Shown here: positions 22,980 to 31,226 of the stretch, one piece after another
Layout of the letters: every line of letters starts with the position of its first letter
Numbering within the stretch: the first letter of the stretch is position 1
From: Magnetococcales bacterium HA3dbin3
Lineage (GTDB): Bacteria > Pseudomonadota > Magnetococcia > Magnetococcales > DC0425bin3
Length of the DNA: 40,624 bases
Direction: 5' to 3'
Assembly: GCA_002753495.1 (NCBI GenBank)
Contig: PEAJ01000003.1
Coordinates: 1 to 40,624, forward strand
Translations under genes and position numbers: made by a program
The notes under the pieces: model-generated
The model's database searches: none
What the model was told of the DNA's origin: nothing
The model's input: the letters and a program-made list of their open reading frames with translations, nothing else

Positions 22980-25028
22980 GTGGTGGCACGATACCTGTCG
23001 GCGATTCTCGTTCTTGGCACGTTGTTTGTCGGTGGCTGTCTGGTCAGTTGGAGAAAGTGGGCGGACATTACGGTTGACTATGGCCGCAGTCTGTACATTC
23101 CCTGGCGCATGAACGAAGGGGATGTGCTTTATCGCGATCTTGACGCCATCTTTGGTCCCCTTTCCCATGCTTTTCATACCTGGCTGTTTCGGGTTTTTGA
23201 AACCTCGTTCATGACCCTTGTCGTGACGAATTTGATAGGGATTATTCTCCTTGCCGCCTGTATTTTCCATTTTTTCCGACGCCATATACTACCCTTTTCC
23301 GATCATGCCACGGGATTGTTCGTGGGCACCCTGGTTGCCTCTGTATTTTTGGCGGTGTTTGCTTTTGGTCAATATATCTGGGCGGGTAACTACAACTACG
23401 TTGTGTCTTACAGCCCGGAGGCGGTCCACGGGACAATTCTGCTTGCTTTCATGGTTACCCTTGCTGCGTCGACGCTGGGGAACCCGGGGCGAATCCGGTT
23501 TCTGGTTTGGCTGATGGGGGTTGTGTGTGGTCTGATTTTCATGACCCGCGTGGATATGACTCTGGCGGCGTTGATGATTGTGGCGGTCTACATGCTGCTT
23601 GCCTGGCGTGCCCCGGCGCGCCGGGTACTTGGGCTTTCCGCGCGCGTTGCCCTGTTTGCGGGCGGCCTGGTCACGGCGATACTGGTTGTTCACGTGATGA
23701 TTGGCCAGTTTCCGTTGGCCTACATCTGGCGTGACATCAACGTGTTGTTCGTACAGGGTCGCATCGACAAAAATCCCTTCTATGCCATGGTGATGGGAAC
23801 CGACGATTGGCAAGGTAATCTTTGGATAATGACGAAAAACATGTTCGTCTACCTGGCCCTGATCGTTGGCACGGTCATGGTCCATCGCCCTCCGCTGGTA
23901 ACCATGGGCGCGGGTGGGAAATTGGCGTATGTAGCGGCGGGGCTCTTTCCTATGCTTATGGTGACGCTGTGGATCTGGGAGATGTTTCCCAGCCCCGGGC
24001 TCGCATTAATTTGCCTGTTGCCGATCGTTGGCCTGGTCTGGTCGACCTGTCGCCCTCCGCTTGCGCTGGGAAGGGTCGAGGGATGGCTGCGCAAGGCGGT
24101 GAGTCTGATTCCTATGTTCCTGGCGACACTGTGGATTATGCTGACTCCTCCCCTTCCTTTTCTGGGGCTGTTGCTGTTCTCCATTCCAATCTTGGTCCTG
24201 ATGATGGCTGGGGCATTTCTGGTTGTCCTCTATCGGCCATGGATGGAACGGGGGCTTGCTGGAGAAGATGTCGTGCCTTGGCTGCTCTGGGCAACCTTCT
24301 CTTTTGCCCTGTTGCTGAAGATGCCTTTTAATGCCCACATTCCCCATTATGGTTTCATCCATGTCATGCCTGCGACCCTCCTGTTGGTTGCATTCCTGAC
24401 TGGCCACCTGCCAGCGTGGCTACGGGCATTTGGATTGAACGATCGACATTTTCGTTTGGTCATGACCGTGCTGATCGTCTTGGCATCGGCGCGCCTTGTG
24501 AGTTTGGGTTACGGCCTTTATGCGAAAAAGGACTTTCCGGTTGGAGAGGGCAACGATCAGATGTTTGCCCTTTCGCCGGAGAGCGACGCGCATGGCGAGG
24601 TGATCGGCAACTTTCTTGTCTGGATGAAAGAACACGCAGCTCCGAACGCCACGTTTGTCGTGGTTCCCGAAGGGGTGATGTTGAATTACCTCGCCCGGCG
24701 TAAGACTGTAACCCCGTCCATGTCGTTCCTTCCCCTGGAGCTGCTGCGCATTCCTGAGGAACAGCAAATTGCCTATTTTGAGCAACGTCCGCCGGATTAT
24801 TTTGTCGTGATCAAGCGGACTTTCAAGGAGTACGGCCTGCCAGGTTTTGGTGAAAGCCCGGAATTTGGACAAAGGATGATGAGCTGGATTCACGGTCATT
24901 ACAGCCAGCTGGCGTTTCTGGAACCGAAAAATGAGGATCCTGGCAAGTTTTGGATCCGGATTCTTGGCAGAAAGGAATCCCCTTATAACACGAAGCAAGG
25001 TGAAACCGGCATTCGTGGAACACAGTGA
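22980..25028 (+). CDS. Probable GT-C membrane glycosyltransferase, copy 2
   Basis: Same length as copy 1 and colinear with it, with substitutions concentrated in the middle. Confidence 0.65.
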   Translation: MVARYLSAILVLGTLFVGGCLVSWRKWADITVDYGRSLYIPWRMNEGDVLYRDLDAIFGPLSHAFHTWLFRVFETSFMTLVVTNLIGIILLAACIFHFFRRHILPFSDHATGLFVGTLVASVFLAVFAFGQYIWAGNYNYVVSYSPEAVHGTILLAFMVTLAASTLGNPGRIRFLVWLMGVVCGLIFMTRVDMTLAALMIVAVYMLLAWRAPARRVLGLSARVALFAGGLVTAILVVHVMIGQFPLAYIWRDINVLFVQGRIDKNPFYAMVMGTDDWQGNLWIMTKNMFVYLALIVGTVMVHRPPLVTMGAGGKLAYVAAGLFPMLMVTLWIWEMFPSPGLALICLLPIVGLVWSTCRPPLALGRVEGWLRKAVSLIPMFLATLWIMLTPPLPFLGLLLFSIPILVLMMAGAFLVVLYRPWMERGLAGEDVVPWLLWATFSFALLLKMPFNAHIPHYGFIHVMPATLLLVAFLTGHLPAWLRAFGLNDRHFRLVMTVLIVLASARLVSLGYGLYAKKDFPVGEGNDQMFALSPESDAHGEVIGNFLVWMKEHAAPNATFVVVPEGVMLNYLARRKTVTPSMSFLPLELLRIPEEQQIAYFEQRPPDYFVVIKRTFKEYGLPGFGESPEFGQRMMSWIHGHYSQLAFLEPKNEDPGKFWIRILGRKESPYNTKQGETGIRGTQ

Positions 25029-25140
25029 CGAGCCGAACGTGTGTGTGCGGTGTACCCGAAGAGAGGAAGGGGAGGGGAGCATGAAGAGTTCACCGCATCT
25101 CCCCGACGCGTTTCGGCCATCCGCGCGGAAAACCAATAAC

Positions 25141-25266
25141 TCCAATGCCAGATCAAGGTGGCAACGAGGCCCATAACGCGTGAACGAGAAGGAGACAGCA
25201 CACGTTTGGTGCGGCGAGGAGCGAGCAAGGCAGCCAACGAAGTTGCTGTCTTGGTCTGGAATTGGA
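25141..25266. mobile_element. MITE-like element (126 bp)
   Basis: 25-bp imperfect inverted ends TCCAATGCCAGATCAAGGTGGCAAC and GTTGCTGTCTTGGTCTGGAATTGGA; ends 1 nt from the Sel1 gene stop codon. Confidence 0.65.
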
Positions 25267-25267
25267 A

Positions 25268-25939
25268 TTACGGTTTCAGGGTTTCAGGAAATTTTTCGGC
25301 CCATTCGCGGCTTAAGCGTTGCGCTTCCTCAATTTGGGTGCGCGTCATGATCCTGGAGATGGCCGTGCGGTACGCGACCGCATCGTCGGCACCATTCGAG
25401 GCCGCCAGATTGAACCAGGCATAGGCCAGGGTGTCGTCCTTCGGAACACCTTCCCCCTCCCGGTAGAGCAGGCCGAGGTTGCACTGGGCGCTGACGATGC
25501 CCTGTTTTGCAGCCTTGCGCAGCCACTCTGCAGCCTGCCTGTCATCTTTTGGGGTTCCGTGTCCTTCGTGGTAGGCCGTGCCCAACATGCCCTGGGCTAC
25601 GGCAAACCCCTGTTCCGCTGCCTTGCGCAGCCATGTCACGGCGCGTCGGCTGTCTTGTGGCAGCCCCTGTCCCTCTTGGTACATGAGCCCGAGCATGGCC
25701 TGAGCGCTTGCGTCCCCCTGTTCCGCGGCCTTGCGAAACCATGTCGCCGCCTGTTCGTCGTCCTTGGTGACGCCGAGGCTGTAGTAGTACACCATGCCGA
25801 GGCTGGATTGGGCGTTGGCGTCGCCGTGCTCGGCTGCTTCTCGCGTCAGATCGATGCTTCTTGAATCGGCACAAACTCCGACCCCAACCTGGACAAACGT
25901 GATGATTCCGATCGCCAACAATGCCGAGAAAAATCTCAT
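25268..25939 (-). CDS. Secreted Sel1-like repeat protein
   Basis: Signal peptide plus four ~36-aa repeats of the type AAEQG.A.AQ..LG..Y..G.G.PKD...A..W.RK. Confidence 0.93.
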   Translation of the reverse strand: MRFFSALLAIGIITFVQVGVGVCADSRSIDLTREAAEHGDANAQSSLGMVYYYSLGVTKDDEQAATWFRKAAEQGDASAQAMLGLMYQEGQGLPQDSRRAVTWLRKAAEQGFAVAQGMLGTAYHEGHGTPKDDRQAAEWLRKAAKQGIVSAQCNLGLLYREGEGVPKDDTLAYAWFNLAASNGADDAVAYRTAISRIMTRTQIEEAQRLSREWAEKFPETLKP

Positions 25940-26291
25940 TGCGTATCCTCCATCAAGTGCGCGACAGGCGGGAAGAGGTCGAGGGACAAGACGAAGCGGA
26001 CACGCCTGCGGCCGGTGCCCTTGCCATTACGTGGTGAAAAGAAGCCGATCACATCTCGGGTAGCGTTTCCGAAGCCGCGAGAGACGGGACAACGGCCTCA
26101 AGATCGACGTCCCGTGAATCAGGGTTCGGCACCTCAAGCAACCACCCCGGGGATTCTGGAACACGCTTCCGATCGTGTCAATCGAAAGTGAAACGCGCGC
26201 AGGGCAAACAGACCTGAAACCTGGCCAAGGGGTGGTAATCCGTCGGGGGCATGGGTCTCCTTTTTGGCGCGGACCTCTGAAGCGGAGTCAA

Positions 26292-26357
26292 TCCAATTCC
26301 AGTATTCAAGGTGGATGCAAAGCAGCCAACGAAGCGGATGCTTGAATTGGAATTGGA
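26292..26357. repeat. Internally deleted relative of the 25141-25266 element (66 bp)
   Basis: Inverted ends TCCAATTCCAGTATTCAAG and CTTGAATTGGAATTGGA; shares TCAAGGTGG and GCAGCCAACGAAG with the longer copy. Confidence 0.65.
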
Positions 26358-27071
26358 ATCAGGTTGCAAGTTCGCCCCGATGGCATATCCGACTCCGTGA
26401 CCGGATGGCAGTCACGGTCCTGTACTGGCACCTCCATGCGTGAAAGTGCCAATTTCCATCAGCGTCTTTTTTAACCGTTGGTTCAGTGCGGCCATCTCAA
26501 TGCCGGATTCATGCTTCCCATGACATGTTTCTATTGGATGTATTTACCAGATGATCCTCTGTTTGCAGCAAGAATTGTCTAATATCTGGCAGGTTATTCC
26601 CATCAAAATTCATAATCGCGGACGGTCTGAGTGTGATTAACGTGTAAAATACATACAAACTGGCGCAGAATCAAGTTTCAGCTCCGCAGACAAGATGGCA
26701 ATATCTTGATGTTTACAATTATTTCCCACCATGCCGCCGCGCAGAAATTTTTAAATATCATCACGGCGCTACCGGGACATTGCATTATTTTGTGCTATAT
26801 TTAATAGGATTAATTTTAATACTAAAATCATTGAAAGATGTTTTTTTTGCATTGTTTCGGGTTATTAAGTCTGTTTTTCTAGTGATCTTTCCCTGTTCGG
26901 CCTTATCAGCCTTTGCATATTTCATGAGGATGGTCACGTTGTATTCTGTGCATGGATTCAAGCGCCCAAAAAAATCGAGTGCCAGCGATTCCGGCGTTTT
27001 CATCGCGGGTATTCTGTGCTATCGTGCCGAGCTTGGTCCTGCCTGGGGCTGTACGGGGGCTGGATTGCGAT

Positions 27072-27147
27072 GGGCCGTTAGCTCAGTCGGTAGAGCAACA
27101 GACTTTTAATCTGTGGGTCGTTGGTTCGATTCCAACACGGCTCACCA
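27072..27147 (+). tRNA. tRNA-Lys (anticodon UUU)
   Basis: 76 nt; D arm GCTCAGTCGGTAGAGC, anticodon stem ACAGA/TCTGT with loop CTTTTAA, GGTTCGATTCC in the T arm, encoded CCA. Confidence 0.98.
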
Positions 27148-27154
27148 AAAAAAT

Positions 27155-27190
27155 CAGGGGGTTGCGATCTTTCGCAGCCCCTGTTTTTTT
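27155..27190 (+). terminator. Intrinsic terminator after tRNA-Lys
   Basis: Stem CAGGGGGTTGCGA / TCGCAGCCCCTG followed by T7 and preceded by an A run, so possibly bidirectional. Confidence 0.8.
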
Positions 27191-27368
27191 GTGGGTGTCA
27201 ACCAGGTGTCAACGTTGAGCGGATTCATCCGCTTGGCGTTTCGGGGATCGTATCTCCGCTGTGGGAGGGACGAAACCAGGGCGTCTTGATCTTTCTGGGA
27301 CGCTGAGGGAGAATCCCCGGCCTTGGCTTTTGGCGGCCATTTTTTCAGCACAGCGAGGGCGCGCGGGC

Positions 27369-27869
27369 ATGACGAGCGACCAGACGTTGACTCACTTCGA
27401 TGCCCATGGGGCGTCACGGATGGTGGACATTGCCGGCAAGGGGGAGACGGCACGTCTGGCAATAGCGGCTGGGGGCGTTGCCATGCGGCCGGAGACCCTG
27501 ACCCTGATTCTCGACAGACAACTCGCGAAAGGGGATGTTTTGGAGGTTGCGCGCATTGCCGGTATCATGGCGGCCAAGCGGGCGGGCGAGCTCATTCCCT
27601 TGTGTCACCCGATCGCCCTGACGGCAGTGAGCGTCGACTTTGCACCCGATCGCGAACGAAGCCGGGTGGACATTATTGCCCGCGTCACTTGCACCGGTCG
27701 TACCGGGGTTGAGATGGAAGCCCTGACTGCGGTGGCGGTGGCCGGTCTGACCATCTACGATATGTGCAAGAGCGTCGATCGGAGCATGGTGGTTGATGCC
27801 ATCCGCCTGCTTGAAAAGTCTGGCGGGCGCAGTGGTCATTTTGTTCGGATGGTCGAGGGACAAGGGTGA
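27369..27869 (+). CDS. moaC: Cyclic pyranopterin monophosphate synthase
   Basis: [26 protein letters not shown] and KSGGRSG motifs. Confidence 0.97.
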   Translation: MTSDQTLTHFDAHGASRMVDIAGKGETARLAIAAGGVAMRPETLTLILDRQLAKGDVLEVARIAGIMAAKRAGELIPLCHPIALTAVSVDFAPDRERSRVDIIARVTCTGRTGVEMEALTAVAVAGLTIYDMCKSVDRSMVVDAIRLLEKSGGRSGHFVRMVEGQG

Positions 27870-28900
27870 CCGCGATCGAAACACCGTCAGCGCTAACATC
27901 CTCGGGGTTGCGGGATCGCTTTGGGCGGGTGATTCGCTATTTGCGTTTATCGGTGACCGAAAAGTGCAATTTTCGTTGTCATTATTGCCGGTTGGCAGCC
28001 GGTGAGGGCGGGGAGCCACGGCACGATCCCCTCACGACCGCCGAGCTCGTGCGCTTGGTGCGACTGTTTGCCCGGTTGGGAGTGGGGCGGTTTCGTCTGA
28101 CCGGCGGCGAACCGTTGCTGCGTCGTGACATCACCACCTTGTTGGCGGCGATGCTTGCACTGCCCGGCGTGGAGGAGGTCTCCCTTTCGACCAATGCCTA
28201 TCTGCTCGCCGGCATGGCCCAGGAGTTGAGGAACCTTGGCTTGCGTCGCGTCAACATCTCCCTGGACTCGCTTAAACCGGAGATGTTTGCCCGCATCACG
28301 CGCGGCGGGGATCTGGCGCGGGTGCTTTCAGGCATCGATGCCGCTGTGGCGGCGGGATTGGCGCCGGTGAAGATCAACACGGTGGTCATGGGTGGAATCA
28401 ACGAACAGGAGATTCCTGACCTGATCAACTACGCGCGTGGCCGGGGCGTTTTGTTGCGTTTTATCGAGACCATGCCGATCGGCGACGCCGGGGCGGCGGT
28501 GATGGGGCGCCACGTCCCGGCCGCGGAGATTCGGGCGCGCATCCTGGCCACTTGTGGCGGGGAGCTGTTGCCGGTATCCCAGCCCGTTGGCAATGGTCCC
28601 GCGAGTTATTTTCGCATTGCCGGACTTGGGGTTGATGTGGGCATCATCTCCGCTTTGTCGCAGCATTTTTGCGACACCTGCAATCGGGTACGTCTTACGT
28701 CGTGGGGAGATCTTGTTCTTTGTCTGGGTCGGGAGGATCGGGTTGACTTGCGGGAGGTGCTCCGGTCACATGCCGACGATGCAACCCTTTGTGACATGAT
28801 TGCCCAGGCCATCCTCCGCAAACCTCGCGGGCACGAGTTTGCCGCGTCATCCGTTAGTGATAACATCTCCCCCCACCCTATGGCCAGCCTTGGAGGATGA
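27866..28900 (+). CDS. moaA: GTP 3',8-cyclase
   Basis: [33 protein letters not shown] and C-terminal GG; GTGA overlap with moaC. Confidence 0.97.
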   Translation: MTAIETPSALTSSGLRDRFGRVIRYLRLSVTEKCNFRCHYCRLAAGEGGEPRHDPLTTAELVRLVRLFARLGVGRFRLTGGEPLLRRDITTLLAAMLALPGVEEVSLSTNAYLLAGMAQELRNLGLRRVNISLDSLKPEMFARITRGGDLARVLSGIDAAVAAGLAPVKINTVVMGGINEQEIPDLINYARGRGVLLRFIETMPIGDAGAAVMGRHVPAAEIRARILATCGGELLPVSQPVGNGPASYFRIAGLGVDVGIISALSQHFCDTCNRVRLTSWGDLVLCLGREDRVDLREVLRSHADDATLCDMIAQAILRKPRGHEFAASSVSDNISPHPMASLGG

Positions 28901-29207
28901 CGCGAGAGCCAAGCTGACCCAAAATGCGTGGCTGCCTTCCCCCCCGTCCGCTGCGCCACCTTGACGCTGCGTCCCCTGTGGTCATCTTTTGGTGATCTGT
29001 ACCGCCTGGTTGGGTTCCACGTGGATCGTCTGTTTTTCCTTGATGTGATCCCGCACCACTTCCCATATCGGTGTTCCGCCTGGAGACTCTGGTTTCTCCA
29101 CCGAAGCCCAACCAGCCACAACGTAGTTCCGTTGTGGTTCCAGCACACGTCCGTCGCTTAAGGTCAGACTGTGGATACGCTGACCGGCAGCCGCTTCCGG
29201 GTCGATC

Positions 29208-29370
29208 TGTAGGGCGCCGTTTGATTTGGCACCGATCGTCGCTTAGGTTGGCACCGATTTAGGGTTGTAAAAAAGTCATCGGCACGCATCTTGCTTTTAC
29301 CAACCGGACACCTGCTGTACCGCGCCGCCTTCGTTGGCATAAATTTTTGCGCTCGTTGGCACTGATTTAG
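29208..29370. repeat. Two blocks of TGTA-N3 plus two tandem 22-bp repeats (putative transposase-binding end)
   Basis: Repeats at 29215-29236, 29237-29258, 29323-29344 and 29345-29366, all carrying TTGGCA and ending in AT. The two blocks are 108 bp apart and both end in TTAG. Confidence 0.8.
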
Positions 29371-29432
29371 AGCCTACCTTCCCCGCTCTCGCCACCTCCT
29401 CCTAAGAAAATGCATTGTTCTGTTTTTTTCTG

Positions 29433-29526
29433 TTGCATAGCCTACGCAGTATGCTATGATGGATTCATCGATCGGGGCAGACGGCCCCACCCGCTCCTCG
29501 GGGATATCAGGGGATGGAGATGGAAG
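29433..29526 (+). promoter_or_regulatory. Sigma70-type promoter plus structured leader, copy 1
   Basis: TTGCAT-16nt-TATGAT with extended -10 TG, upstream T tract, GGGGC-loop-GCCCC hairpin and GGAG RBS. Confidence 0.8.
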
Positions 29527-29919
29527 ATGCAAGAAAAAACACATCATTTCGTTCAGCTCGCCATTGATCGCGCAGCCCGCCTTTTAGAGGAAAGGCTTGT
29601 GCAGCTAAGGGCGGTTAAGGGCCCCGGCTGCCCCTTCCCCCAATTCGATCCACGCGTGGTTGAATGGCACCGGGAAATCAAAAAGAAGTGCTGTGCGGAG
29701 TCTGAGAGGCATGTACCTGCCATAACAGCAGCCGCTTTTGCCGCTGCCGGCGCTATGGCAGTGGCAGAAACTGATGCCGCAATAGTGACTGTGGCGGAAA
29801 AAGCCGCCCAGTCTGTTGTCCATAAGATATGCCCGTTCCCGACTGCGTTGGAGCTATCAGATGCATACGTAGGGCTCTCACCCCTCTATCCTCCCGAGGA
29901 AAACGACTGCGCAGGGTGA
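29527..29919 (+). CDS. Hypothetical protein (130 aa)
   Basis: ATG lies at the same position after the leader and RBS as in copy 2; no recognisable family. Confidence 0.7.
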   Translation: MQEKTHHFVQLAIDRAARLLEERLVQLRAVKGPGCPFPQFDPRVVEWHREIKKKCCAESERHVPAITAAAFAAAGAMAVAETDAAIVTVAEKAAQSVVHKICPFPTALELSDAYVGLSPLYPPEENDCAG

Positions 29920-29999
29920 CTAAGACGGCAAGCCGGTGGTGGGAGATAGCCCTCCCCCACCACCATCCTTCATATCCTCCAAAAAATGAGGTTGAGAAA

Positions 30000-30551
30000 A
30001 TGTTGAAATCTTTCGATAAATTTTCACAGGATTCCATTCTACTGGTCTCGGCGGAGGCTCGTGCCGTTCTCTCCGACGCGGCCCGGGAGGGACGGACGGC
30101 TGCGGTGATAGAGGATGTCCGTGATGCCTATGACATACTCCGTCCCCTCGCTGTTGTCTCCGCCGCACGCCTCCTGATCGGGGCGCGCGGGCGGATCGAC
30201 GAGGGGGAGCTCCGCCGACTCCTCGGCGCCCCCGGGACAGTCGTTGATCACCTATCCGTCGTAGAAATTTATGGGTCAACCCCTTATGATAATATTTTCT
30301 TATCTGACTTCTTCGACGCGACGACCCTCGATAACACCGTGAGACATGCCCTCACGGTGTCAATTTTTTGCGATCTCCGTGCGTGCCCTGTTTGCGTTGG
30401 GGGGGGCTGCCCCTCATGTGCGCAGATCGGGGACAGCATCGTCCAGGTGCGCCCTGGACGGCCATCGTGCTTTGGCAAGAGCCCCCAAGAGCGGTTTGAG
30501 GAGGAGATCAGGGAGTGGCTGTCCCTGCCTCCGTCAGAGACGAGGATCTGA
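30000..30551 (+). CDS. Hypothetical protein with a CxxCxGxG-CxxC zinc-finger-like motif (183 aa)
   Basis: GAGG upstream of ATG 30000; CPVCVGGGCPSC near the C-terminus. Confidence 0.7.
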   Translation: MLKSFDKFSQDSILLVSAEARAVLSDAAREGRTAAVIEDVRDAYDILRPLAVVSAARLLIGARGRIDEGELRRLLGAPGTVVDHLSVVEIYGSTPYDNIFLSDFFDATTLDNTVRHALTVSIFCDLRACPVCVGGGCPSCAQIGDSIVQVRPGRPSCFGKSPQERFEEEIREWLSLPPSETRI

Positions 30552-30563
30552 GAGATAAACACA

Positions 30564-30599
30564 CCCTGGCGGGCCATCCTCTGCCAGGGCATCTTTTTT
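30564..30599 (+). terminator. Terminator-like hairpin before the HTH gene
   Basis: Stem CCCTGGCGG / CTGCCAGGG followed by CATCTTTTTT; the U tract is offset from the stem by 4 nt. Confidence 0.5.
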
Positions 30600-30606
30600 G
30601 GAGTAT

Positions 30607-31098
30607 ATGCAAGGGCGTAACTATATGATAAAGCTGGTCTATCCCGACTCAGAGCACGCACTTAGGTTTGATCCCGTGCGGATCGCTGTCCGCTGGCCGC
30701 ACGGGAAAGTTATTGACGGGGAAGAGTTTTCGTCTATCGCCGCGGCTGGGGGCGTCATAAAGACCGACCAGAGAATCGGAGTTCTACGCGCGTTCCAGGT
30801 CGAGGACGGCAGCCTTTTGGCAGATTCCATTGTTTCTGTTGAGGATGTTCGTGGAAAGCGCTTGCGCGATCTGCTGTCGCTCATGTCTCTCACACGCGAC
30901 CAGGCGGCGGCGCTGGTGATGGTCTCGCCATCGACGCTGGATGCGTGGATCTCACAGACTGGGGGGGCGGCCAAAAGGTCTGCCCCCGCGTGGGCCCTGC
31001 TGCTCCTCTCTCTCCTCTACGAGGCACGCGCCGCCGGAGAGGTAGGAGAGGCGATCGAGCGTAGAGCGCGCGCACGGGTGGAGTCCAAAAAAATTTAG
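30607..31098 (+). CDS. Protein with C-terminal XRE-type HTH resembling anti-CRISPR-associated (Aca) repressors
   Basis: LRDLLSLMSLTRDQAAALVMVSPSTLDAWIS...RSAPAWALLLLSLL. The start is 30607 or 30625. Confidence 0.7.
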   Translation: MQGRNYMIKLVYPDSEHALRFDPVRIAVRWPHGKVIDGEEFSSIAAAGGVIKTDQRIGVLRAFQVEDGSLLADSIVSVEDVRGKRLRDLLSLMSLTRDQAAALVMVSPSTLDAWISQTGGAAKRSAPAWALLLLSLLYEARAAGEVGEAIERRARARVESKKI

Positions 31099-31130
31099 GA
31101 TGGATCGCTCCTTGCCGTGCCGTTTTTTCC

Positions 31131-31226
31131 TTGTATAGACCACCACGCGTGCTATAATGAAATCATCGATCGGGGCACATCGCCCCGCCCGCTCCTCGGG
31201 GGGAAATCAGGGGATGGAGATGAAAA
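31131..31226 (+). promoter_or_regulatory. Sigma70-type promoter plus structured leader, copy 2
   Basis: TTGTAT-16nt-TATAAT with extended -10 TG; leader nearly identical to copy 1. Confidence 0.85.

Larger units (their letters stand above)
19772..25031 (+). repeat. Diverged tandem duplication, period 2648 bp
   Basis: GCCCTGGCCTGTCAGCGTCTG at 19772 and 22420; stops at 20329/22977 and 22380/25028. All three pairs are offset by 2648. Confidence 0.97.

Noticed and set aside
26780-27109. 109-aa hydrophobic ORF upstream of the tRNA
   Set aside because: TTG start without an RBS, it overlaps the tRNA, and its hydrophobicity is explained by T-rich DNA.
28905-29200. Hairpins after moaA (e.g. CCACAACG/CGTTGTGG) as a Moco riboswitch or sRNA
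   Set aside because: They lie downstream of moaA rather than upstream and no family consensus was recognised; an Rfam scan would be needed.
29279-29296. Sigma54-like GG-N10-GC motif TCGGCACGCATCTTGCTT
   Set aside because: It has CGGCAC rather than TGGCAC and sits among TTGGCA-containing repeats that lack the correct spacing, so it is more simply a degenerate repeat. A good sigma70 promoter already explains the downstream gene.
29215-29366. 22-bp repeats as a CRISPR array
   Set aside because: The repeats are directly adjacent in pairs, degenerate and have no regular unique spacers; there are no cas genes.
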